Origin: a virus
Length of the DNA stretch: 64,000 nucleotides
IMG/VR virus record: IMGVR_UViG_3300031920_000103
Coordinates: 10,694-74,693 of that record
Reading direction: 5' to 3' (one strand)
This document shows, in pieces, positions 55,012-64,000 of this stretch. Position 1 is the stretch's first letter, and every line of letters begins with the position of its first letter. Under the pieces are notes generated by a model, which had not been told where the DNA came from, made no database searches, and saw only the letters and a list, made by a program, of their open reading frames with translations. The translations under genes and the position numbers were made by a program.

Positions 55012-55865
55012 CAGAGTGTGTCCATTGCATCCCACGCGCCCGTGTCAAACTCTTCGGGGGTGTCTAGGTCGCTAGACGAACCGCCATCGAGCACAGCCTG
55101 ATCCATCGATAGCGCACGGATCGCAGCAATAGTGGTGCCGGGGTTTATCCAAGAGGGTAGCGATACGTCAGATTTAAGCGTTAGCCCGGTAAGGGTAGTG
55201 TAGCCAGACATTCCAGCCGAACCCGGAAAAGCGCTTGCGCCCGGCCGGATCACGAGGTTTCCGGGTTCGCGAAAACCGTAGTCCTCCCAAGTCTCCGGGC
55301 CGGGGAGTACGGCAATACGCCCACCCGCCTGATCCGCGAACTCGATCCCGATCAGAAGTTCGCCGACACCGAAACCGCCCACCTCGGGGAGCACCGGCGT
55401 GTACGCTACGGAACCCTCCGCAAAAACAAAACTCTCGTTCGCGTTTGCGCCTGCGTCGAACAAACCGGTTTCGATTGCGCCTAGCGTGCCCGACCAAGTG
55501 TTGTTGCTCCAATCGTTCTCAAAGTTTTCGTCGGTGATCGATCCGGCGTCAAACTCTGCGTCGTCGATCGAGCCAAGACCAAACGCAAACGTTGTGTTGT
55601 TCCACCCGTACTCGAAACCATCGGCAACGAGAGGATCAACCGTGCCGCTAGGGAACTGCCCTTGCTGCAAATCTGTCTGCACGAACACAAACAGAAAATC
55701 AGAATTGCTCCACCCATCCTCCCAAGTGTCGAAAGGCGACGCGGAGGTAAAACCAAAGTTAGCGTGCTCGATAAGAGTCGACACGACCGATTGCCCCCAC
55801 GCAAAAGCGTCGCCGGGGATAGCTTCGGCGGTCTCGAATCCTAAGTTTAGAAACGTGTGGGCCAC
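55011..55865 (-). CDS. Acidic virion protein with FE..W repeats
   Basis: Repeated D.(F/W)E..W motifs. Confidence 0.65.
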   Translation of the reverse strand: MAHTFLNLGFETAEAIPGDAFAWGQSVVSTLIEHANFGFTSASPFDTWEDGWSNSDFLFVFVQTDLQQGQFPSGTVDPLVADGFEYGWNNTTFAFGLGSIDDAEFDAGSITDENFENDWSNNTWSGTLGAIETGLFDAGANANESFVFAEGSVAYTPVLPEVGGFGVGELLIGIEFADQAGGRIAVLPGPETWEDYGFREPGNLVIRPGASAFPGSAGMSGYTTLTGLTLKSDVSLPSWINPGTTIAAIRALSMDQAVLDGGSSSDLDTPEEFDTGAWDAMDTL

Positions 55866-57376
55866 TAGAACGCTAGACCTGTATCCCCGTCGATGAGTGT
55901 AATGGTTCCGAGCGCCGGGAACTCAGAAACCAAGATCGGAACGTCGGAGCTTTCGCCGTTGAGTAGCACGCCGGCAGCACCGTCAGAAATTTTGCGCACT
56001 CCGTCGACATCTCGGATAGCGTTGAAAATATCTGACCACGGAACCTCGCCAGAGGGTAGCCCCGCGTTGTCTTTGTAGTTGAAACCAAAATCTATGTTTG
56101 TGTTTAGCGTTCCGTCTACGTTGTCGAGGCTGAAATACTCGCCAAGCGCAGTCTCGATCTCAACGCGCACCGCCGTAGTGCTGCGGCCTTGCGCGAGGAA
56201 AACGGTTGCCGCAACGTCGATCGGCAAGTACACGGGGTCTTGTACGAAAACAACGAACGTCAGCGTGTTTGGGAACGTTACGGTTACTTGCTCAAGCACG
56301 GTACTCTTGAGCCCGGAGCTAGGTAATCCGCCGCCGGTGGGGACTATGTAGAGAATCCCTTGGTTTTCCTCGATCGTCGCGTCCTCGTTTGAGGTCAGCA
56401 TAAGCGATCGCGATACTTCCGGAAGAAGTAGCGAATTGATCTCGTAGTCCTCGCGAGCAACTGTGCGGTTTAGTACGCGAAGCGAGGCGGGGGCAAGCTG
56501 CCTGATAGACTCAATGCCCTGACGGTCTGCGCCCCCACTCGCGGCCGTTGAGTTGCCAACCGTCACCGTCACCGGGTTAGATAGAACGTCTAGGTATGTA
56601 CCCTCGACAATCGTAATTGATCCGGCCGCTACGTTGCCACGCTCGCCGCCGCCGATTTTGTACAGGATCGTGATCGTGCCTTGCGGGATTGCGCCGTTCA
56701 CGCCGTTGCCAAAACGGATCTCGGCTTGGTCTTGCTGATCAACGACGACGATAAAGTGCTTGTCAGTCGATGTTGAGTCTAGGAAATTTACGACTTCAGT
56801 GTACACGCCATCCGTTGCCGAGATGTTTGCTGTGTCGTCGATGTACGGGATCCCGTTTAGCGAGATAACTTGGTTGGGTAGGCTAGTCGACGGGAAAATG
56901 TCTGTCTTGCCTTTTGAGTTTCCGACAAGCGCTGAGACCGTCGGTGGGTTAGACCCGGCAACGATCGTCGCGTTTGCTGGTAGTTGGAACTCTACCGCGT
57001 CGCCAAGATCCGTCGTCCTAACGATTAGGCCAGCCGGTAGGATCACGTCGTTTGCCGGAACCTCTGCGAGAGTCAGATCTACGTCTGCGGTAGCGGCTCG
57101 CGCGGAGGTCGGTGTGTACGTTAGCAGCTTTGCCAACGCGATCATGTTTTTGCGTTGGGTGACAGAAACTATGCGGCTCTCGCGCCCTTGGTTGTCTAGG
57201 TAAAACCCTAGCGTGTCCCCGACAAACGCGAAAAGCTCAACAAGAATATTCCCAAAGTTGGCGACCTCAAATGCCGTCCACGTAGGGAAAACACCTTGCA
57301 CCAAGTTTTGCATTCGGGCGCGCAGAGAATCAAAGTCTCTGTCGCTGTAGTCTGGATTTGATGGTAGTAGAGCCAT
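55865..57376 (-). CDS. Baseplate J/gp6-like wedge protein
   Basis: DYSDRDFDSLR..DNQGRE..GGADRQ.IESIR..NRTVAREDYE. Confidence 0.88.
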   Translation of the reverse strand: MALLPSNPDYSDRDFDSLRARMQNLVQGVFPTWTAFEVANFGNILVELFAFVGDTLGFYLDNQGRESRIVSVTQRKNMIALAKLLTYTPTSARAATADVDLTLAEVPANDVILPAGLIVRTTDLGDAVEFQLPANATIVAGSNPPTVSALVGNSKGKTDIFPSTSLPNQVISLNGIPYIDDTANISATDGVYTEVVNFLDSTSTDKHFIVVVDQQDQAEIRFGNGVNGAIPQGTITILYKIGGGERGNVAAGSITIVEGTYLDVLSNPVTVTVGNSTAASGGADRQGIESIRQLAPASLRVLNRTVAREDYEINSLLLPEVSRSLMLTSNEDATIEENQGILYIVPTGGGLPSSGLKSTVLEQVTVTFPNTLTFVVFVQDPVYLPIDVAATVFLAQGRSTTAVRVEIETALGEYFSLDNVDGTLNTNIDFGFNYKDNAGLPSGEVPWSDIFNAIRDVDGVRKISDGAAGVLLNGESSDVPILVSEFPALGTITLIDGDTGLAF

Positions 57377-57383
57377 GGTGTTT

Positions 57384-57905
57384 TCAGATCGTTATGACGC
57401 TCTCTAGGTTCTCGAAAATGATCGCGCCGGTCGCGAGATCTAGGAAGTTGAAACGAACTTTTATGACAAGAGTTTTGTCGCCCTTTTCCGCCTGCAAGTC
57501 TCGCCCAACAGTAGTGCCTGTGACAATGACTCTTCGCTCCCATTTTTGCAGAGCGTCAACAACGTATCGACGTGCGATTTCGTCGAGCGCCGGTGTGTTG
57601 GGCCTGTGCCGTAGCAAGTGCAGCAAAGATCCAAACTCGGGTCGCCACGGCATTTCGCCCTGCGAAAATTCCGAGGATGCAACCGTGCCTAAAATCTGAC
57701 CCATAGCGGCGATCACAAGTGCGGGGCCTTGTGAAGTCGCGAAGTCGCCTTTTTGGTCTCGTTGGAACGGACGCACGAGCCCGAACCCAAAGGGGGCAAA
57801 GTCCGTCTTTGTGGCTGGGAGCGCGCTAGGGCCGCTTGGGGGCACCGTAGACGGTGCTGCGGTGTCCCCCTGGATCAGCGGCCATGTTGTAGTTGGGTGA
57901 CTCAT
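57384..57905 (-). CDS. gp25/GPW-like baseplate wedge protein
   Basis: ILGT..GEMPWRPEFGSLL..ALQKWERRV. Confidence 0.85.
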   Translation of the reverse strand: MSHPTTTWPLIQGDTAAPSTVPPSGPSALPATKTDFAPFGFGLVRPFQRDQKGDFATSQGPALVIAAMGQILGTVASSEFSQGEMPWRPEFGSLLHLLRHRPNTPALDEIARRYVVDALQKWERRVIVTGTTVGRDLQAEKGDKTLVIKVRFNFLDLATGAIIFENLESVITI

Positions 57906-58681
57906 GCGACGACCCCAAGATTACCGCTCGAATCGATCGGTAGATACTCGATCGTCGGTGCTTGCAGCCATCCGCCAATGCGGAGAACTGAATAGCTGAA
58001 ACCCCCCGCTATTGCTGACCTTGTGTTTGCCCCGCCAACGTATTTTCCCCGGAAGCCGTCGCCGTCGTGGATCATTTCTGCGGTGCCATCGGCAAAGGAT
58101 GCAAAGACGGCAACGTGTGCAAGCTCGGTTTCGTCTGTTATGTCGAAAGTGATAACTTGCGTGCTCTCGATACCGGTGCCCCCGGCTGGCAACACGTTGC
58201 CGACAACGGGGGGTAGAACGTCGCCGGTAGCCGCCGCCACGGTAAGCGGCACTGACCCAACGATCGCGCCAACCGTTGCGGTGATCGTCGTTGTGCCTAG
58301 CGCGACCGCAGTAACCAAACCTAGCGCGACCGTAGCGGTTGCCAGTGTAGTGGAGCCCCAAACCGCCTCAACAGTAACCTCTCGCACAGAGCCGTCATCG
58401 TATGTAGCTAGCGCTCTAATCTGCGCGTCTGTGCCGACTACCATCGTTAGAATCGGCGGCACCATTTCGATAGACAAAACAACAACCGCCGGTACGTCAC
58501 CGGCAACACCTGTGATCTCTAGGGTCGCAACGTCGTCGCTGATGTAGAGAAATGGAAGCTCTACTATGTCGACATGGCGGGAACGCGCGACCTCAAAGTC
58601 GGCCCCTTTAGCGAGGTCGTCGGATAGGCACAGCCCACGATCTGCGTGGTCTGTCGCGAGGTCTGCGTCCTTAGTTGCCAT
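57902..58681 (-). CDS. Ig-like (Big_2) virion protein
   Basis: ALATYDDGSVREVT..WGS..ATV..GLVTAVALGTTTITAT. Confidence 0.8.
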   Translation of the reverse strand: MATKDADLATDHADRGLCLSDDLAKGADFEVARSRHVDIVELPFLYISDDVATLEITGVAGDVPAVVVLSIEMVPPILTMVVGTDAQIRALATYDDGSVREVTVEAVWGSTTLATATVALGLVTAVALGTTTITATVGAIVGSVPLTVAAATGDVLPPVVGNVLPAGGTGIESTQVITFDITDETELAHVAVFASFADGTAEMIHDGDGFRGKYVGGANTRSAIAGGFSYSVLRIGGWLQAPTIEYLPIDSSGNLGVVA

Positions 58682-59739
58682 TATCTGATTCTCGGCATTG
58701 CCTGTGCGCTGTCCCAAGGAACTAGCAAACCACCGCCGCTAAACCAATTCACAGGGCCGCCAACGCTATCGCCGAACCCTTGCCGAAATTGGTTAATTGG
58801 TGCCCAATATATATCCGGAATTCGGCCCCAGAAACCACGGAGGGATACGCTACTTGCGTAAAGCTCGCACGGTCCTACTACCGTTTTTCTATCTTCTGGG
58901 ATTCTGATTTGGCTTTGTATTCCCACGTTATTCCAACCACGACCGCCAACGTAGAAAGCAGACTCGCCCCCGGTCGCCGCGCCATCCAACGAGAGAGCCC
59001 CGTGCCACGAAGCCACGTTGTAGTGGTCTTGGTTGTCCATGACGGTGTTGTCCATATCAATCCCTGAGTCGCCGCTGCGAATCGTCCACGCCATTCCGTT
59101 TTGTAGCGTCCATCCGGGATTGTCAGCTCTCGCATTTTCGAGTTTAGAGAACGCGAAAAAGTGCGGAGTGCCTCTGTCCTGGTGCGACATCAAATAGAAC
59201 TGGCTCAGGTCGGCTGACCAACAAGCGGTTAGTGAAAGCGTGTACGCGCCCAAGTTGTTTAGACCGTTAGGAACGTTGTTGTACCAAAGGAACTGATCCG
59301 GGGCGGTTGGTGCGAGGTTGCCACCAGAACCATCCGTACCGCCGCCAGACAATAAGAACTGCCCTTTATTCGATGTTGCGGCGGACCAATACTCTGGATT
59401 ACTGGAAGTCCGTTGCCCGCCCGAACTTATCATCACCTGGATTACCCCCATGATTGGTGGGCACTGCATGACGACCCAAGGGTAGTAGGTACCCTCGGCT
59501 AGCGCTGTGTCGTCCGGGTCTTGCGGCCAATGGTCGGTGCCTGCGACGAGCGGGTTTGGCCCGCCTGTGCCGTCGTTAGAAAATACGCCGCCGTTAGAAC
59601 TCGCCAGAACCGTCCAACCCGCAGCCACAAACATTTGTTTAACTTGTGGCTTCCATCGGAGAGGCAGCGACCTGCTACTACCGAGGTAAGGAGCTACCCA
59701 ATGCCGGAAATTATAAATTTGTGAGTGTGCTAGTGCCAT
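58681..59739 (-). CDS. Putative receptor-binding/fibre protein
   Basis: Shares WTV..SS, W.VxQ and PTAPD motifs with the next gene. Confidence 0.65.
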   Translation of the reverse strand: MALAHSQIYNFRHWVAPYLGSSRSLPLRWKPQVKQMFVAAGWTVLASSNGGVFSNDGTGGPNPLVAGTDHWPQDPDDTALAEGTYYPWVVMQCPPIMGVIQVMISSGGQRTSSNPEYWSAATSNKGQFLLSGGGTDGSGGNLAPTAPDQFLWYNNVPNGLNNLGAYTLSLTACWSADLSQFYLMSHQDRGTPHFFAFSKLENARADNPGWTLQNGMAWTIRSGDSGIDMDNTVMDNQDHYNVASWHGALSLDGAATGGESAFYVGGRGWNNVGIQSQIRIPEDRKTVVGPCELYASSVSLRGFWGRIPDIYWAPINQFRQGFGDSVGGPVNWFSGGGLLVPWDSAQAMPRIR

Positions 59740-59749
59740 GGTGTTTTCC

Positions 59750-61432
59750 CTATTGAAGCGATGCCCTGATGCCTAGCGTGAAGCCTGCACCGTCAGTGTT
59801 GATTTGGGTTGTGATCGACTTGCCCGCGTAAAGTCCGGCGACCGCCTGCACCTCTTCGTAGATAGCAAGCTCGCAGTCTGGCGAACCCTCCGCGCTTCCG
59901 TTGATGTCTGCCCGCTGCGTTGCCCCTGCCGGTGGCGTCACCACTGACGACGCCAAACCGCCCGCTCGGCATAGAGAGAATGCGGAAAGCATGATCGAAT
60001 TCGCGTGGGTTGTGGTGGCGTTGGGTAGGGTGTGCGCGGCTGTAGCGGTACCCGTAGCAAGGTTGGCGAGAACCTCAAGCTGCGTTGCGTGCGCCGGGCG
60101 ATACGTGAGGCACACAGCAAGCTCTAACCCGTTTGACGGATCAAGCATTGCGATGTCGTAGCTTGCGGGCTCGCTGCTAGCAAAACGGTGAAACACGTGG
60201 TGGTAGGTAACAGTCGATAGCAAAGGCATACTCGCCTTAGAGTCGAGCACCCATCCCGGCGGTGTAGCCGGCGACGTTTGAGAGGCGTTAAAACCTGTCA
60301 TGATCAAAACCATCAAGTCGCCATCGACTGTGCCCGCCGGAACGGGAACCGTAACGGTGGCGTCAACGGCAGGGTTAACAACCGTCGACGACGCCACAAA
60401 TATTGGGAGTATTGAGATCGCTTGTGTGAAACTCAAATCCGTTGCGGAGTCGTCGAGCCAACCCCATACGCAATCACCAACGCATACAAATGTTCTGTTG
60501 CCGGCCAGTGGAAGCGTGTCTAGATCGAGCAAGTGTTGCCCTGTTATATTTCGGCTGCACCAATACCAATCGTAAAGACCACCTAGAGGGCCAACGTCAG
60601 AGACTACCCGACTGACCAACGTGCCCCCGTACAGGCGTGGGCTGCTCCCCGTTTCCTGCAACTCAATAACTTCGTTTGTGGTGTACACCGGGGCAACTAC
60701 TTTGGCGAGAAACCCAACACCGGCCTTGCGGCCCCAGAATGGCTCGGTGCTTTGCATCACCTCCCACCTTAGACAACTCAAGGCGCTTGCGACCGTTGAC
60801 TTTAGGAAGTACCAAACGAAGTTCTCAGCCCAGTCCGGATCCGGCAGCCTAGGTCTCTCAAAACCCCACGCAGCGCAAGGAACTTCCGAGTTTACGTCAG
60901 AAATGACAACACGAGTGCACTCGCCATCGGTTGACTGAATGCACGTTAAGATTTTGTCTGTGTAGACCCCGGCTTGGTCGCCAAGCCAACCGGTAACAGT
61001 CCCAAGAAACTCGTCAGGCGCGGTCGGCCTAGCCGTAGCAGACCCACCAGAAAAACTCCCAGAAGGGCTAACAATAGAAACGATGTCGTCCCGAGTAAGG
61101 TCTAGCGCTAAGAGCCTCTCTAGCGAAATGCAAACCTGAGCACCGGTACCGGGTTGCTGTAGAACGATCCAACTGTATGGTGTGCCCGCCGTCGTTATGT
61201 AAACAAGATCGCCGGTATCGACCCAACGGTCAGACGCATCCATCGCGCCAACAAGCGAGTCGGATGATCCTGCCACCGTCCACGGCCAAGTATTGAACCC
61301 TACGAATGCGTCCCTGATTTTTAGGAGCATTGCCCGTTGCTGATTCGCGCCCACGACGAGCTTATTTACAAACTCAGTTCCGCCTAGGCTAGAGCCGCCT
61401 TGCCAAGTCTTTTGTAGGGCTGGAAGTGCCAT
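59750..61432 (-). CDS. Putative receptor-binding/fibre protein with C-terminal beta domain
   Basis: Paralogous N-terminal domain; VPAGTVDGDLMV..PPGW..EPASY C-terminal domain. Confidence 0.7.
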   Translation of the reverse strand: MALPALQKTWQGGSSLGGTEFVNKLVVGANQQRAMLLKIRDAFVGFNTWPWTVAGSSDSLVGAMDASDRWVDTGDLVYITTAGTPYSWIVLQQPGTGAQVCISLERLLALDLTRDDIVSIVSPSGSFSGGSATARPTAPDEFLGTVTGWLGDQAGVYTDKILTCIQSTDGECTRVVISDVNSEVPCAAWGFERPRLPDPDWAENFVWYFLKSTVASALSCLRWEVMQSTEPFWGRKAGVGFLAKVVAPVYTTNEVIELQETGSSPRLYGGTLVSRVVSDVGPLGGLYDWYWCSRNITGQHLLDLDTLPLAGNRTFVCVGDCVWGWLDDSATDLSFTQAISILPIFVASSTVVNPAVDATVTVPVPAGTVDGDLMVLIMTGFNASQTSPATPPGWVLDSKASMPLLSTVTYHHVFHRFASSEPASYDIAMLDPSNGLELAVCLTYRPAHATQLEVLANLATGTATAAHTLPNATTTHANSIMLSAFSLCRAGGLASSVVTPPAGATQRADINGSAEGSPDCELAIYEEVQAVAGLYAGKSITTQINTDGAGFTLGIRASLQ

Positions 61433-61436
61433 CAGA

Positions 61437-61706
61437 TTATTGTATTAGTCCCGGCATTGTCTCGTCGGTGTCTGTGCCCATGATCCCGCGCAGAACCTCA
61501 ATCGTCGGCACGTCTTCGATCGAGCCCAGCATCGAGAAAGTGCTCGCTACGATTGGTGTGCGATCTGCGTAGTCTACGCGCGCGCCGATCGTAGCGTCCC
61601 ACTTGGCTAGCGCACCCGACTCTGCCGCGCCATGGTCTGCGCCCGTGCCGACTACTGCGGTAGTGCTTCCTAGGCTGTCCGTTAAATAAAAAATGTAAGA
61701 GTTCAT
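61437..61706 (-). CDS. Hypothetical protein
   Basis: Coupled ATG/TGA with the upstream gene. Confidence 0.55.
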   Translation of the reverse strand: MNSYIFYLTDSLGSTTAVVGTGADHGAAESGALAKWDATIGARVDYADRTPIVASTFSMLGSIEDVPTIEVLRGIMGTDTDETMPGLIQ

Positions 61707-61933
61707 GATATTTTACCAATGCCCGCGCCGGTTCCCGTGCCGGCTTGCGCCGCCGCCGTTCCGGTTGTTGCGACGGCGGTGTTTACCGTCGTGTTGATTA
61801 CAGCGGCGGTTTGCAGATGCTCGATCACCGCATCCGCTAGCGCTTCAAAATACGCCTGCTCGTTATCGGTTACACCAACCGCGTGCACCCTGCTCCGCAT
61901 GAGCGCGCCTAGTACGTTTTTGTTTAGTGCCAT
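61703..61933 (-). CDS. Small protein following the spike gene (spike-tip candidate)
   Basis: Position directly after the gpV-like gene; A.ADAVI.H..A.V pattern and a Gly/Thr-rich end. Confidence 0.55.
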   Translation of the reverse strand: MALNKNVLGALMRSRVHAVGVTDNEQAYFEALADAVIEHLQTAAVINTTVNTAVATTGTAAAQAGTGTGAGIGKIS

Positions 61934-61934
61934 G

Positions 61935-62588
61935 CTAGATCTTCTTTGCGAATACAACTGTTGATGCTTGGCCGCGTTGGCCTGCGGTAGTGCCTGAGAA
62001 AGTGTCTAGCGTTTGCGCCAGCGCTACGCCCTCGCCGGTGATCGGGTTCTCGTCGAGGTTGTCGCCGCCTAGGTAGATCTTTGGTGAGTCTACAACGACC
62101 TTTGTTGGCGACTCAAGTTTGATCCCGTTGTCGGGGTCCATCGACACGAAATCCCCCGAAACTTTGTCTAGTATTTTGAACGTCTCTTTTCCGTCGCGCT
62201 CATCCCAAAGCATTTGGTAACGCGCAGTTTCGTAAACCTTAACCTTGTGCTTGTCCCCTTTGCCTAGCCCGCACGCGGCTGACGGAACTTCGCAACCGTC
62301 CGCGTCAGTCAGCCCCCAATGCGCGCATTGATAAAACGGCGAATCGATGTTGCCTTTGTGGAACCAAACCGCAACGTCAGCCTTTTCGGGGGGTACGTCG
62401 TAAAATCCTAGGTTGTTTGTGCCTCCACCCGTGCCGCCTATTGGGAACGCCCAACAGCTAGCTGATGTTACTCCTTGAATGTTGACGCGAACGCGCCCCA
62501 AGTTCTCGGGATCTTCGTTGGTAACAACGGTCCCGATGTACATGCCGACATAGCGTGTCTCGCCCTCTTCGTCGAATTCGGTAGGCAT
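61935..62588 (-). CDS. Baseplate spike (gpV/gp5 OB-fold)
   Basis: YIGTVVTNEDPENLGRVRV..WAFP..PPEKADVAVWF..G..DSP. Confidence 0.88.
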   Translation of the reverse strand: MPTEFDEEGETRYVGMYIGTVVTNEDPENLGRVRVNIQGVTSASCWAFPIGGTGGGTNNLGFYDVPPEKADVAVWFHKGNIDSPFYQCAHWGLTDADGCEVPSAACGLGKGDKHKVKVYETARYQMLWDERDGKETFKILDKVSGDFVSMDPDNGIKLESPTKVVVDSPKIYLGGDNLDENPITGEGVALAQTLDTFSGTTAGQRGQASTVVFAKKI

Positions 62589-64000
62589 TATTTTTTCGGC
62601 ACACTTTCTCTATGCGACGCGCTCCAATCGACGGAATATGCGATCGTTCCGTCGTCCCTTCGGTACGCGTACTCGACGCCCTTGCGGTTGCCTATCGATA
62701 CGTTGCGCTGCGACTGTGAAACGCGCGAGTCGTTGATCGCCTTGTCGCCCAATGCTGCGATCAGCTCTTTGTTGCATGTCTCGGATGCGTTAATGGCTAC
62801 CGTGCTGAGCATGTCTAGGCGCTGTTTAAGCCGGTTGATCGTGCCGTCGCCTTGCCCCTTAAAGAACTCGTTTATCGCCCCGATCGTGTCGCTAGCGACA
62901 CCTGATATTTGGCCCAACCGCTGCGCGTTCGGGTTGTTGTCTACCGCAGCAACAAGCAAACGCAAATCCCTAAACTTGAACGCGATCTTTCCTATCTGCG
63001 AAACCCCGGCTGCGGCTGACAGAGTTCCGGCCTTTGTCGCCTTGTTGTACTCGACGGCGACTTGCTTGTGCACTGCGACAACCTGTTGCACTGCGGGCAC
63101 GCAGTCGTTGAACTTGACCGCCTTACCGCCACCGCCACCGCCACCACCGCCACCGCCGCCACCTTTGAATAACTGCGACGACGACTTGCGGTTTTTTCCG
63201 TCGCGAATCATTTTTGCGTCGCACGTGTACCCGCTAGGCCCGTAAACGTGTTTTACAGATTTGCAATAGTAGTTCCCAGACAGGCGATCGCCGATCCCAT
63301 TTATGCGCGCGATCGTCTTTGCGAGAAACTGCGGCTCGCCTACTAGCTTCATATTCAGCTTGACGGTTAGTTGTCGCTTTCTGCGCAACTTGCCTTTCGC
63401 GTTCTTTACCGCGTTGCGCTCTGTGGCCTCTGCGTCAAGCCTTTCGATCGTAGCGCGTGCCTCGTCCATCTCGCCGGGGGCACGTAGATACCCGACCTCC
63501 CCAAGTATGTCACGCGTAGCGAATAGGGTTTCGTTTGCGTCGCCTCGCGCGAAGCCATCTCTGACCGTTCGTGAGAACTCGTCTCGCGCTTCTTTAGCGC
63601 GGGCGATGCCTTTGATCGTCCCCTTTACCAGTAGGTCAGCGGTCTCTCGGAACGCGCGTAGCTGCGCCCTATCGTTGGTCGGTGCGTCTGCTAGCTGTTG
63701 ATCTGAAATCACTAGCACGCCGTAGTCTTTCTTTTTCTTGTGGTCGCGCCCTTTTACCGACGTTACATAAGTTCTTACGGTCAAGTCGTTCTCGATGTCA
63801 AACGAGATCATGCTGCCGCGCGAATCGTTGTACCAAGTGTACTCGCGGAATGGTGCTTGCTTCATGTTCCGCTGATGGAAATGGAAACCGTCAAAGTCGA
63901 CAAAGAACTCGAAACCTTCTTTGTTTGCTAGCTTGCGTATAAAATTTGCGTCGGTTACATGCGCTTGCGTAGCGCCCTCGATCACCTCTTCGGTGTCCTC
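62588..64000 (-). CDS. gpD/late-control-like baseplate hub with poly-Gly linker and C-terminal extension, truncated by window end
   Basis: Q....TDANFIRKLA..EGFEF.VD..GFHF; LVGEP.F.A..I..INGIG..SGNYY..SVKH....GYTC. Gly12 at about 63126-63163. The frame is open to 64000. Confidence 0.82.
   Translation of the reverse strand, partial: EDTEEVIEGATQAHVTDANFIRKLANKEGFEFFVDFDGFHFHQRNMKQAPFREYTWYNDSRGSMISFDIENDLTVRTYVTSVKGRDHKKKKDYGVLVISDQQLADAPTNDRAQLRAFRETADLLVKGTIKGIARAKEARDEFSRTVRDGFARGDANETLFATRDILGEVGYLRAPGEMDEARATIERLDAEATERNAVKNAKGKLRRKRQLTVKLNMKLVGEPQFLAKTIARINGIGDRLSGNYYCKSVKHVYGPSGYTCDAKMIRDGKNRKSSSQLFKGGGGGGGGGGGGGKAVKFNDCVPAVQQVVAVHKQVAVEYNKATKAGTLSAAAGVSQIGKIAFKFRDLRLLVAAVDNNPNAQRLGQISGVASDTIGAINEFFKGQGDGTINRLKQRLDMLSTVAINASETCNKELIAALGDKAINDSRVSQSQRNVSIGNRKGVEYAYRRDDGTIAYSVDWSASHRESVPKK

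Noticed and set aside
55865-64000. Stand-alone extracellular contractile injection system or T6SS
   Set aside because: The genes are continuous with phage replication, lysis and tRNA genes, so a myovirus tail is the simpler reading.

Overview
This is a 64-kb segment of a large tailed dsDNA phage with a contractile (myovirus-type) tail, read almost entirely on the minus strand. From left to right it holds: (1) an RlpA-like gene cut by the window edge and a ParB-fused DNA methyltransferase; (2) a replication/recombination block with RecA, gp32-like SSB, UvsY-like protein, UDG-fused family A polymerase, primase, DnaB and an initiator-like gene carrying origin-like repeats; (3) small genes behind strong sigma70-type promoters, several apparently leaderless; (4) an SF2 helicase, ParB, a sigma factor and a VWA/AAA module; (5) a short plus-strand RuvC block; (6) a Nudix gene and three aberrant tRNA-like elements; (7) lysis genes; (8) a long structural block with fibre-like proteins and baseplate J, gp25, gpV and gpD-like genes. 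The most unusual feature is an 831-nt insertion right after the DPPY motif of the methyltransferase. It is neither an intein nor an evident intron, keeps the methylase frame open for 277 codons, and encodes a Zn-finger/Vsr-type endonuclease on the opposite strand. The polymerase intein hides an HNH nuclease in the +1 frame with its own RBS. Two intergenic long-range stems look like structured RNA or DNA elements. All family assignments come from motif recognition by eye; no searches were run.
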